Virus record (IMG/VR): IMGVR_UViG_3300020577_009873
Coordinates: 4,638 to 68,637 of that record
DNA length: 64,000 nucleotides
Source: a virus
Lineage: Duplodnaviria > Caudoviricetes
Direction: 5' to 3' (one strand)
How positions within the stretch are numbered: position 1 is the first letter of the stretch; every line of letters starts with the position of its first letter. Shown here in pieces: positions 39,807-49,095 of this stretch. The position numbers and the translations under genes were made by a program. The notes under the pieces were generated by a model that worked only from the letters and a program-made list of their open reading frames with translations, searched no databases and was not told where the DNA came from.

Positions 39807-41669
39807 ATGATTAATATGATTCAAGAACTGCGTAATAAAATAGTCGAGGCCAATAAGTTATATAGGATCGGCAAGCCTATTATCTCTGATTCCAAGTATG
39901 ACCAATTAGTTGAAGAATTGGCTCTATTATCACCAGATGATGAATTACTCACAAGTGTTGGGCACACTGTTTCCGATGAACGTAAAAGCCGACTTCCAAT
40001 TGAAATGGCTTCTATGAATAAAATTAAAACTATGGATGATATCAATGATTGGTGTCGTCTTAAATCTATTCCCAAAACCGAAAAGGTTATTATCACACCA
40101 AAATTTGATGGGCTTTCTCTTTGTGTAGATGAAACATCAGACTCTGCTTGGACTCGTGGTGATGGTGAGTTTGGTCAAAAATCAAACGAACACTACAAAC
40201 TAATTAAAAATCACCTATATGCGGATTTAGAAGGAAACTTCGATCCATTTTCACCTATACCCTTTAAGTTTACTTATGGGGAGGTTATGATGCCTAAAAG
40301 TGTATTCGTTAAAAAATACTCGGAAGAATTTGCCAATCCAAGAAATTTGGTTGGGGGTCTTTTAAATTCTAAAGATGCCACTGATCCATTAAAAGATTGT
40401 AACTATATTAAATATGGTGCAATTCCTGACGAAAGGTTCAATTTCTCAACTAAACAAGAAATTATTGATGAACTTAACAACGGACAAACTATTGGTGTAA
40501 ACTATTTTGTTTGTAAGGTTTCTGAATTGACAGAAGATTTGTTAATTGATTTATTTCACAAATGGTCTGTTGATTATGAAATTGATGGTGTAATCATCGA
40601 AATAAATGATCTTAAATTACAAAATAAATTAGGTCGTGAGACCTCTTCAAATAATCCGGTATGGGCTCGCGCATTTAAACACGAAAGTTTTGAACAATGT
40701 GCTGAGACTGAAGTTATCGGCATCTCTTGGAATATATCCAAACAAGGATATCTCAAACCAACTCTACACGTTAGTCCAATTAAACTTGATGGTGTTACTG
40801 TTTCTAATGTAACTGGTAATAATGCTAGATTCGTGAAAGATTTAGGTCTTGGAGTCGGCGCTAAGGTCATTATTAAACGATCTGGAATGGTTATTCCTTT
40901 GATTGTAGACGTAGTAGAAACGGTAGACTTTGTGATGCCAGATGTTCCTAATATTGATTGGAATGAAAATGGTGTTGAACTAATGACACTTAACGAAACT
41001 GATGATCAAAAGCTAAAACAATTGATTGCCTTTTTTAAAATTCTTGATGTTAAAAATGTATCAGAAGGTGTAATTAATCAATTCTGGAATGCCGGATATA
41101 AAACAGTTAAGGATATTTTGAATCTTACTAAAAGTGATATGGAGAAATTGGATAGATTTGGTAAGAGGAAAGCCACTATTGTATATGATGCTATTCAAAA
41201 ATGTATTAACAATGTGAGCTTGTCAAAACTGCAACATGCTACTGGCCTTTTTAAAGGTCTAGGTTCCAAGAAACTTGCCTTGTTGGAACATTTCACCAAA
41301 AAGCCTACCATTAATCAAGTAATGGAAATTGAAGGATTTGCTGAAATTTCTGCCCAATCATATATAGATAATTATGATACTTTCTTTAATTTTATTAAGG
41401 ATTTACCAATTACCATTGAAGAAAAAGTTGAAGTAGTCCTATCTGATACTGGATTAGAAGGCACCTCATTTGTATTTACTGGCGTTCGTCGTCCAGATCT
41501 AGAGGGTATTATTGTATCTCGTGGTGGTAAAATTGGTGGAGCTGTTTCTAAAAACACTACACACCTTGTAATGAAGGCGGTTGGTAGTGGATCTTCTAAA
41601 GAAAAGAAAGCTATTGAATTAGGTGTTGAAATTATTACTGTTGAACAATTAGAAAAGTTATTAAAATGA
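39807..41669 (+). CDS. ligA: NAD-dependent DNA ligase
   Basis: PKFDG, TRGDG, ANPRN, YEIDG, HhH and BRCT; TATATTTG box at 39794-39801. Confidence 0.95.
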   Translation: MINMIQELRNKIVEANKLYRIGKPIISDSKYDQLVEELALLSPDDELLTSVGHTVSDERKSRLPIEMASMNKIKTMDDINDWCRLKSIPKTEKVIITPKFDGLSLCVDETSDSAWTRGDGEFGQKSNEHYKLIKNHLYADLEGNFDPFSPIPFKFTYGEVMMPKSVFVKKYSEEFANPRNLVGGLLNSKDATDPLKDCNYIKYGAIPDERFNFSTKQEIIDELNNGQTIGVNYFVCKVSELTEDLLIDLFHKWSVDYEIDGVIIEINDLKLQNKLGRETSSNNPVWARAFKHESFEQCAETEVIGISWNISKQGYLKPTLHVSPIKLDGVTVSNVTGNNARFVKDLGLGVGAKVIIKRSGMVIPLIVDVVETVDFVMPDVPNIDWNENGVELMTLNETDDQKLKQLIAFFKILDVKNVSEGVINQFWNAGYKTVKDILNLTKSDMEKLDRFGKRKATIVYDAIQKCINNVSLSKLQHATGLFKGLGSKKLALLEHFTKKPTINQVMEIEGFAEISAQSYIDNYDTFFNFIKDLPITIEEKVEVVLSDTGLEGTSFVFTGVRRPDLEGIIVSRGGKIGGAVSKNTTHLVMKAVGSGSSKEKKAIELGVEIITVEQLEKLLK

Positions 41670-42064
41670 AATTAGAATATACTTTAGACATAAAAAACTT
41701 AGAAGTTATTAAGGACGAGGAAGAACAATTTGATTTATTCTTCTACCAAGGTCATCCAATATTTGTAATACCTGACTTTGGTCAACCTCAAGACATTTGG
41801 ATAGGTTTCCTATCCTACTTAGAAGAGAAAAATGGTGAGGTTTGGGATCAAGATGGTGGTGAAATAACTTCACACAAAATAATTGGGGATGATGGACTAA
41901 CAAAATGTACCTATGAGGCATACGGCATATCATTTGATGAGGATGATGAGCTTAAAGATTATGTTGTTGACATTGAAGGGTATGTTATAAGGGAAACATC
42001 ATCTGTTGGTGTTGGATCACTCGATCATTGTTACTTTTTAGCAAAAACAGTTAAAATAAAATAA
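41666..42064 (+). CDS. acidic hypothetical protein
   Basis: ORF overlapping the ligase stop. Confidence 0.7.
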   Translation: MKLEYTLDIKNLEVIKDEEEQFDLFFYQGHPIFVIPDFGQPQDIWIGFLSYLEEKNGEVWDQDGGEITSHKIIGDDGLTKCTYEAYGISFDEDDELKDYVVDIEGYVIRETSSVGVGSLDHCYFLAKTVKIK

Positions 42065-42066
42065 AT

Positions 42067-42432
42067 ATGAATTTTTTACACTTTGAAAAAATAGATGGTA
42101 CAAAAGTAGATTCAGCTAAAATAGCTGGATATCAACTATACGGTGAATTCTTTGATGATATCGATTTTAAACTAACCATTATTGATGGTAAATTAAAGAT
42201 TGATTTGATAATTGATCCATATTTCACACAGGATGAAATTGATGATATCACTGATCATATTAAACATGAGGAAATAAATTGGAATAATGGTTATGAATTC
42301 TTATCATACAAAGATATTAATGATGATAGTGATCTATATTTAGTAGCTGATGAAAATTCAGATATTTTTAATATAGTAAATTCACCAAAAAATATTAAAA
42401 ATATAAATAAGGTTGCTAATAAAATGAAATAA
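42067..42432 (+). CDS. hypothetical protein
   Basis: ORF. Confidence 0.7.
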   Translation: MNFLHFEKIDGTKVDSAKIAGYQLYGEFFDDIDFKLTIIDGKLKIDLIIDPYFTQDEIDDITDHIKHEEINWNNGYEFLSYKDINDDSDLYLVADENSDIFNIVNSPKNIKNINKVANKMK

Positions 42433-42434
42433 AT

Positions 42435-42785
42435 ATGAAAAAGTTATTTTGTAGTAAAATATCACACAATCCATACAAAGAAGAAATGATAACTGAAATA
42501 ATAGAAAGAGTATTTCAAATTGATGGATATTGTGTCGAAGAAAAAATCGAAGGTGTTTTGTTTGATATTCACTTTGATGATGAGCAAGTTACAAGTATTA
42601 AAATTAGTAATACAAACATGCGTAAATACTTTGAAGATAATTTTAATAAAGAAAGGTTCTTTAATAAAATTAAAGAACATGCTGAGTCCTTATTGGTGGA
42701 AGGTGATGAAGTAGATGTTCCGCTTTATATTAAGGATAAATATTTTAAAAATGGTATAAATGTTGCTTACATAAAAAACGATTAA
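42435..42785 (+). CDS. hypothetical protein
   Basis: ORF. Confidence 0.7.
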   Translation: MKKLFCSKISHNPYKEEMITEIIERVFQIDGYCVEEKIEGVLFDIHFDDEQVTSIKISNTNMRKYFEDNFNKERFFNKIKEHAESLLVEGDEVDVPLYIKDKYFKNGINVAYIKND

Positions 42786-42786
42786 T

Positions 42787-43269
42787 ATGGGATGTGATAT
42801 ACATTTTTATGTCGAAAAATGGTCTGATGAAGAATTGACCGAAGGACCAATTGATATCTCGGATAAGAGAGACTCAAGAATATCTAATGTTCTTAAATTA
42901 AAGAGGGAATATAGATGGATAAGTGTGGATAAATGGTACAGGGATGAAGGATACTGGACAAATTATGGGAATTCATTTTATAGTGGTAGGGATTATAACC
43001 TATTTGCAAAGTTAGCTGATGTTAGAAATTATAATAATAATATTAAACCGCTGGATCAACCAAGGGGAATTCCAGTAGATGCCTCCTATGCCTATAAATT
43101 AATGACTAAGGAGGATGGTGATAGTCATTCACATTCATATTTTACTCTATGTGAATTATTAGATTCAGGAGTGGATTGGGGTGCTAATTTTTTAAGCACA
43201 ATTGAAAAAATGAAACGCATTGATCCGGATCCATCTAATGTTAGATGTGTATTCTTTTTTGATAATTAA
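42787..43269 (+). CDS. phage protein of MGCDIH...FFDN type
   Basis: MGCDIH, RDYNLFAKLADVRN, PRGIP, HSHSY motifs. Confidence 0.75.
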   Translation: MGCDIHFYVEKWSDEELTEGPIDISDKRDSRISNVLKLKREYRWISVDKWYRDEGYWTNYGNSFYSGRDYNLFAKLADVRNYNNNIKPLDQPRGIPVDASYAYKLMTKEDGDSHSHSYFTLCELLDSGVDWGANFLSTIEKMKRIDPDPSNVRCVFFFDN

Positions 43270-43349
43270 AAATCTTTTTCGACCAGTCGTGAATCTGTAT
43301 AGAATTCATAAAAAAATCTTTATAGGAAGCAAATAAAATAAAATATATT

Positions 43350-43727
43350 ATGAACATGATTAACATTCTTTTTTTCGTTTCGGGATGCATTTTAACTTCT
43401 TTTTTATTTTTATACGTGAAAAAAAATAAAAAAGAAACTTTTCTTAGAAGGGGGTTATTACAGAATAGTTATTCTGCTTGTGAAAATGGATCTAAGGAAA
43501 GTGTTGAAGCCAACTTAGAAGTCGCGGAAATTGAAAGTAGTGAGACTAAATCAAAAGTTAAAGTATTAGAAGTATCCTTTGATAAATCTAAGTATAATAC
43601 TACAAGGTGGAAAGAAAAAGTTAAAACTTTGGTAGATAACACTTGGATTAACACTTCAGATATCGAATGGATTAATAAAAATAAAAGTACAGAAAGAGCA
43701 GAAAAGCTAGATAAAATATTAAATTAA
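43350..43727 (+). CDS. membrane-anchored hypothetical protein
   Basis: N-terminal hydrophobic segment; ends RAEKLDKIL. Confidence 0.7.
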   Translation: MNMINILFFVSGCILTSFLFLYVKKNKKETFLRRGLLQNSYSACENGSKESVEANLEVAEIESSETKSKVKVLEVSFDKSKYNTTRWKEKVKTLVDNTWINTSDIEWINKNKSTERAEKLDKILN

Positions 43728-43829
43728 GGTCGATTGTAATTAAACATTTTTATATATAAATTATATAATTATAATAGACGGCAATTTACGGCATTTGGTG
43801 AAAATCAAAATAAAAACTAAAGATGAACT

Positions 43830-44435
43830 ATGTTAAATTTAACGGCAATTAAATCATTTTCGGACCATGAAAAACTATTCAAAGAAAGAACAGGCAACGA
43901 TTTTACTCACTTTTACAAGAAGTACTATCCAAAATTAATCTATTACACTGCTAAAATGTGTAATGATGTACAAAAAGCAGAGGATGTAACTACAGAATCC
44001 TTTATGACAGCTTTCGAAAAAATCGATAAATACGAAAAGGAAAAATCTCAATTTTCAACTTGGTTATTTACTATAGCACGTAACATTATGTTACAAGAAA
44101 TAAAGAATCAAAAAAAGACAGTATCAATTGATGTAGAAGTTGATGAAGAAGGAACTACTCTAAAGGACTTTATCCAAGAGGCTGAGAGTTACGATCATAT
44201 CAATAAACTTACTACAAAAAAGGCTGATATTATGAAATACCATATTTCAAGACTTAAAGATCCTTATAAAAAAGTAATTGAGATGAGAGAAATCAAAAAA
44301 ATGCAATATAAAGATATTGCAACCGAATTAAACTTAAACCTATCAACAGTTAAAAGTCAAATAAGAAATGGTAGAGCTCTTCTAATAAAAAGTGCTAAAA
44401 AGGAATTTGATCTTTTAGATGATATGTATCTATAA
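43830..44435 (+). CDS. ECF-type RNA polymerase sigma factor
   Basis: region 2 AEDV...FSTWLFTIARN; region 4 YKDIATELNLNLSTVKSQIRNGR. Confidence 0.92.
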   Translation: MLNLTAIKSFSDHEKLFKERTGNDFTHFYKKYYPKLIYYTAKMCNDVQKAEDVTTESFMTAFEKIDKYEKEKSQFSTWLFTIARNIMLQEIKNQKKTVSIDVEVDEEGTTLKDFIQEAESYDHINKLTTKKADIMKYHISRLKDPYKKVIEMREIKKMQYKDIATELNLNLSTVKSQIRNGRALLIKSAKKEFDLLDDMYL

Positions 44436-44470
44436 GCAAGGTCTATCCTATAAAAAATAAAATTCAAGAA

Positions 44471-44791
44471 ATGATATACACAACAGAGTTAACTGATAAA
44501 AACTATCAAGAATTTACTAAAAATAAACTCACACTAGTTGACATATGGGCTCCTTGGTGTGGCCCCTGTCGACAAATTTCTCCAATTGTCGATTCCTTAT
44601 CAACTGAATATGCTGGTAAGCTTTCCGTTGGAAAACTAAATGCGGATGAAAATTCTGAAATAGTTACTCAATTAGGTATTAGAAGCATACCTGCTATCTT
44701 TATTTATAAAGAAGGCGAAATTGTAGAAACAATGATTGGATTCTCATCAAAACAGAAACTTGCCGAAGTTATTGAAAAACATTTAATGTAG
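44471..44791 (+). CDS. trxA: thioredoxin
   Basis: WAPWCGPC and GIRSIP motifs. Confidence 0.95.
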   Translation: MIYTTELTDKNYQEFTKNKLTLVDIWAPWCGPCRQISPIVDSLSTEYAGKLSVGKLNADENSEIVTQLGIRSIPAIFIYKEGEIVETMIGFSSKQKLAEVIEKHLM

Positions 44792-44824
44792 TATTTCTCA
44801 TGTTTCATTGGGCAGGACGCTGCA

Positions 44825-44857
44825 AAAATAACCACTTTTTTAAGTGGTTATTTTTTT
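44825..44857 (+). terminator. intrinsic terminator after thioredoxin
   Basis: AAAATAACCACTT/AAGTGGTTATTTT followed by T-tract. Confidence 0.8.
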
Positions 44858-44985
44858 GTATATTTGTTTTTATGAATAGTTATTTAATATGTGTAACTAA
44901 AGAAGATATTCTTAAAAATGTATGGGATAAGGATGATGTTGATGAAAAAAGGGAGAAAAAAATTATTGTGAGTATAGTCAATTAA

Positions 44986-45363
44986 TTGAAAATAGAAAGA
45001 AAAATGTATTGTCCATATTGTCATAAACGTTCTGAGTGGCATATTCCAATTAGAGAAGAGAATCGCCGATCAATTTTTCAAGAAAAGTTTGTATATAAAT
45101 GTAAATTTTGTTCTGAAAAATTCACAGAACAAGATTCATTAGATTATGAGTGGGATGAAATGATTAAAATGTGTGCTAAAACAATAACACCAAGTGATTG
45201 TATTAGATGGGTTAAGGGTGAAATACCTACTAATCACACTTTTGAATTTGATGCCGCTTTTAATTATCATTTTGGAATAAGCCCAAAGAAAATAAAAGAA
45301 GATCAAATAAGGGATTTGGAAATACGTATTAAGAGAGAAAACATACTAAATGGATTATTATGA
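44986..45363 (+). CDS. Zn-ribbon hypothetical protein
   Basis: CPYC...CKFC. Confidence 0.65.
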   Translation: MKIERKMYCPYCHKRSEWHIPIREENRRSIFQEKFVYKCKFCSEKFTEQDSLDYEWDEMIKMCAKTITPSDCIRWVKGEIPTNHTFEFDAAFNYHFGISPKKIKEDQIRDLEIRIKRENILNGLL

Positions 45364-45791
45364 AAATAGTTAATAGAAAAGCATATCATGATTATACGGT
45401 GATTAAAGAATTCACTGCTGGGATTGCTCTTGTTGGATCAGAGGTAAAATCACTGAGAAACGGGGAAGCTAATCTTCAAGACTCATTTTGCTATTCAATG
45501 GATGGTGAAATTTTTGTAAAAGGTTTACATATATCAAAAAATAAAATGTCTTCTTTTACAAATCATGAAGAAAAGAGAGATAGAAAATTACTTTTAACCA
45601 AGAGAGAAATTAGAAATATTATCAATGAGGTAAAAACTAACAATGGCATGACTGTTGTTCCTTTAGAAATATTTGAATCAAAAGGGAGATTTAAGATAAA
45701 AATCTGTATTGCCAAGGGTAAAAAGACTTATGATAAAAGGGAGTCTATCAAGCGTAAAGATATTGATAGAGAAATTAGAAATAATTATTAA
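45360..45791 (+). CDS. smpB: SsrA-binding protein SmpB
   Basis: NRKAYHDY, GIALVGSEVKSLR, RKLLL, KGKKTYDKRESIK. Confidence 0.95.
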   Translation: MKIVNRKAYHDYTVIKEFTAGIALVGSEVKSLRNGEANLQDSFCYSMDGEIFVKGLHISKNKMSSFTNHEEKRDRKLLLTKREIRNIINEVKTNNGMTVVPLEIFESKGRFKIKICIAKGKKTYDKRESIKRKDIDREIRNNY

Positions 45792-45792
45792 T

Positions 45793-46191
45793 ATGCATAG
45801 AGACGACAAATCAAAATATCTTCTTTATATAGAGCCAAAAAAAGAAGATAAACTCAAAGAACCCATTAATGATGAATTCACTGAATTAATGGAGATGGCT
45901 CTTTCAAAGGCTAAATCCGGAACATCAGGATACTCACATCTTGATGATATGGGTGATGGATGGGAATATAGAGATAAAAAGTTACCATCATTTGGAACTG
46001 CTGGAGCTTGGAGGGGAATGCATAGAACCGATTGTGGAGAAATGTCAACATGCCGAGATTACCAACTTGAAAATGGTATGATCACTAATTCATTGGCCCC
46101 ATTTTATTTAAGATGGTATCGTTATTCGATTCCTGAGAATGATATGTTGAAAATTAAAGAGTTAGCTGATTTTTATGAAAAGTCTTTATAA
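45793..46191 (+). CDS. hypothetical protein (start MHRDD)
   Basis: ATG immediately after the smpB stop. Confidence 0.7.
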   Translation: MHRDDKSKYLLYIEPKKEDKLKEPINDEFTELMEMALSKAKSGTSGYSHLDDMGDGWEYRDKKLPSFGTAGAWRGMHRTDCGEMSTCRDYQLENGMITNSLAPFYLRWYRYSIPENDMLKIKELADFYEKSL

Positions 46192-46229
46192 TTTGAAACT
46201 TATTTTTTAATTTTGTGTATAAATTATGA

Positions 46230-46528
46230 GCTTATATCCGATTTTCAAATTTATAATAGGAAACAAAAGAAAAGGTAGGATATAAGTGTTTATGATGGTA
46301 AGTAGTGAAATGATAAGTTGTCCCCTCAGGCTGAAAATTCACGAACCATCTAAATGCAAATTTCAATTATATTAAATGAGTAGAGGGATAGGAATTATTA
46401 AATGTGTGTCTTTGGTAATTCTGAAAATTAAATTACGACACTCTTAAAACATATAATCGGTGTCTGTTTATATGTTTGAATTTATAGATTAATGACACAA
46501 AAGCCTGAGTGTGAACTCAGGCTTTTTT
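46230..46528 (+). ncRNA. candidate structured non-coding RNA ending in a terminator
   Basis: several nested helices and two possible pseudoknots in a region without long ORFs. Confidence 0.5.
46499..46528 (+). terminator. intrinsic terminator
   Basis: AAAAGCCTGAGT-GTGA-ACTCAGGCTTTT followed by TT. Confidence 0.85.
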
Positions 46529-46572
46529 ATTATATACTAAAAACAAATAGTGATAGAAAAATATAATGAATA

Positions 46573-47145
46573 ATGATAGAAAAAATAGAATACAAAGGTA
46601 TTAGATATCCAAAATTTCAATCAGAAGGATATGCCTCACAATTTGTGATACCATTCGCTAAAAAAGTGTGTAAAGGTATAGGAGTTGATGTTGGTTGTAA
46701 TAGATTAGAGTGGATGTATGCCGGAGAAATTTGTAACGAAAACAACATAATCAATTATGACAGTTGGTATTCTCAAGCAGTTTTATCATCCAGTCAATCA
46801 AACTCTTTTCCGATAGATCCACAACTAAATAAATTTGATTCGACCAATTTTCCAGAAAATTGTCAAAATTTAGATTATATTTTTTCATCACACTGTCTAG
46901 AGCATATTAATGGTTGGGTTAATGTTTTAGACTATTGGACAGCAAAACTAAAAAAGGGAGGTACTTTGTTTTTATATCTACCGGACTATTCACAAACCTA
47001 TTGGAGACCTTGGAATAATAGAAAACATGTGAATATACTAACTCCTCAAATAATTGAGGACTACTTAATAGACAAAGGTTATAGTCAAGTTTTTAAATCT
47101 GGAGTTGATATAAATAACTCCTTTGTAGTTATGGCAGAAAAATAA
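46573..47145 (+). CDS. class I SAM-dependent methyltransferase
   Basis: GVDVGC, DYIFSSHCLEH, LKKGGTLFLYLP. Confidence 0.85.
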   Translation: MIEKIEYKGIRYPKFQSEGYASQFVIPFAKKVCKGIGVDVGCNRLEWMYAGEICNENNIINYDSWYSQAVLSSSQSNSFPIDPQLNKFDSTNFPENCQNLDYIFSSHCLEHINGWVNVLDYWTAKLKKGGTLFLYLPDYSQTYWRPWNNRKHVNILTPQIIEDYLIDKGYSQVFKSGVDINNSFVVMAEK

Positions 47146-47152
47146 TATTTGT

Positions 47153-48058
47153 ATGCGGGAGATAAAAACAGTTACTCATTTAAATCTTGGAGATAACATA
47201 TACTACGTTCATCTCTTTCGTAAGATAATTGATCACTATCAAGGAAATATAAGATTCATACATCATCTTCACGAAAGATATATTAAAGAATTATCTAATT
47301 TTATTCAAGGATATGAAGAAAATATAATATTCAAAGATATTATGCAATATACAATTGATTATATCATTCCCTTAGAGATGGCTAAAGTCCCAGGATGGTT
47401 TTTACCATATGATAAACTTGTAGAATATCATAGAAATGATACTGGGAAAAAGTTGCCAATTTTACTATATGGAGATAACGACCATTGGACAAAAAATCAT
47501 CCAAATGATCCGGGTATAATGGATTCATTTAATTTTGATGAAGTATTATTAAGGCAATTTATACAATTTTGTGAATTTATGAATGTTGAATGTCCTATTA
47601 AAACCGTGAATGATACATTATTGGATATGCCAGAATTATTAGAAAATAATATTTTAAGTGGCAATTATGATATTCTGATCGGAAATAGTAAGCCTATGTC
47701 CTCACAATGGGTGTCCAATACCTATGTTTTTGATTATATTTTGGATAGAATTGATTTATCGAAGGTTAAAGTAATTTCATTGGAACCAACTGGTAGAAGT
47801 GAAATACCATCCACGATAGAAAATGGTCTAAATTTGATAGAAATTGGAAATATATCCATCAATTCAAAAATAATCATTGGTGTACATTCATCTCCTTATA
47901 CAACACTAATAAATAAATATAACCATATGAATAATGAATTTGTAGTTTTGCAAAATTGGGGTAAATTTAGATATTCAAATGCAAATAGTGTCAACTACTG
48001 CACAGAAGATGAATTCGTTAACAATTATAAAATTCCACTAAATTGGTGTAAAATTTAG
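47153..48058 (+). CDS. putative glycosyltransferase-like protein
   Basis: NLGD near the N-terminus and IIIGVHSSP near the C-terminus (GT9-like pattern). Confidence 0.45.
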   Translation: MREIKTVTHLNLGDNIYYVHLFRKIIDHYQGNIRFIHHLHERYIKELSNFIQGYEENIIFKDIMQYTIDYIIPLEMAKVPGWFLPYDKLVEYHRNDTGKKLPILLYGDNDHWTKNHPNDPGIMDSFNFDEVLLRQFIQFCEFMNVECPIKTVNDTLLDMPELLENNILSGNYDILIGNSKPMSSQWVSNTYVFDYILDRIDLSKVKVISLEPTGRSEIPSTIENGLNLIEIGNISINSKIIIGVHSSPYTTLINKYNHMNNEFVVLQNWGKFRYSNANSVNYCTEDEFVNNYKIPLNWCKI

Positions 48059-48099
48059 GTATCCTTAACGAGGATCATCGATAATATTTGATAATTTAT

Positions 48100-48708
48100 T
48101 TATCTAAAATTTACCTTAATATTTGGTTTCTTTTCTCTGATGATATTATTCTTAGACTCATCAAATTTAACCATTACTTTTTTAGATAATTTAACAATAA
48201 AGTCATCATCCCATGGTACAAAAATTGTACCATCAGCTATTACTTCCATTCTAATTTTACCAGTAGCTCCTTCTTCAAGAAGTGATAATTTCTTTATAGG
48301 TATATTTACTTTTCCATTATCATCAATATTTCCATTAAAAAGTAAACTCCATTCATTTGACTCTACAACTATTCTAACTTGAGAGTCTTTAATATTAGCT
48401 CCTTCCACCTCAATATCACAAGAAAAAACTTCCGATTTATCTTTATATAATTTATATCTTTTTTCTTCAACCTTTTCTTCAATCTTTTCCTCCGGTAAAT
48501 AATTCTCATTTACTATGATATCATTATTTACTTCTTCCAATTTTACTTCCATTTCGATATCTTCTTCTACAGTATCTTCTACAATATTCTCCTTTAAATT
48601 CGAAACATCTGAAATATGTGAATCGATAATTTCCTTATGATCATCACTAGAATTCTTAGAATTCTTATTCTTCATAAAATCTGAGAAATTAATAATTTCT
48701 TCTTTCAC
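48100..48708 (-). CDS. hypothetical protein
   Basis: ORF with acidic N-terminal half. Confidence 0.7.
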   Translation of the reverse strand: MKEEIINFSDFMKNKNSKNSSDDHKEIIDSHISDVSNLKENIVEDTVEEDIEMEVKLEEVNNDIIVNENYLPEEKIEEKVEEKRYKLYKDKSEVFSCDIEVEGANIKDSQVRIVVESNEWSLLFNGNIDDNGKVNIPIKKLSLLEEGATGKIRMEVIADGTIFVPWDDDFIVKLSKKVMVKFDESKNNIIREKKPNIKVNFR

Positions 48709-48740
48709 TTTATTATTTTTAATTTTTATAATTATATATA

Positions 48741-49058
48741 TTAATTTTTAATTTTAACATTTGGAATACTTTGAAATGTTCTTTCAAAATGAGATACTTC
48801 TATTTTTATCGTTGAGTTTAATTTTATAGATTCCTCATATTCTAATCCATTTATTTTACATACTATTCTAATAAATTTATCTGCCTTTTCTTCTCCAACA
48901 TCCTTTCTTAATTTATTCCACGGATTTCCTTTTATATAATCGGATATGCTACCACCCCTTCTTTTTATTATATTTTGAACCTCTATTACGACATTCCAAT
49001 TGTCATCCGTTGAATTCCAATTAGTGTCTATTTCGTTCCAACTTAAATACATATCCAT
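48741..49058 (-). CDS. hypothetical protein
   Basis: ORF. Confidence 0.7.
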   Translation of the reverse strand: MDMYLSWNEIDTNWNSTDDNWNVVIEVQNIIKRRGGSISDYIKGNPWNKLRKDVGEEKADKFIRIVCKINGLEYEESIKLNSTIKIEVSHFERTFQSIPNVKIKN

Positions 49059-49095
49059 CTTTTAGGAATCTTGTTTTTTTATATATAATTTTATT

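Noticed and set aside
43778-43850. ACGGCA(A/T)TT repeated three times near the sigma gene start
   Set aside because: Too short and few to support an operator call without comparative data.
44800-44871. Leader or attenuator after thioredoxin
   Set aside because: Plain terminator followed by a promoter box; no codon run or antiterminator.
46191-46573. tmRNA next to smpB
   Set aside because: No tRNA-Ala-like acceptor stem or T-arm with CCA end; kept only as an unknown structured RNA candidate.
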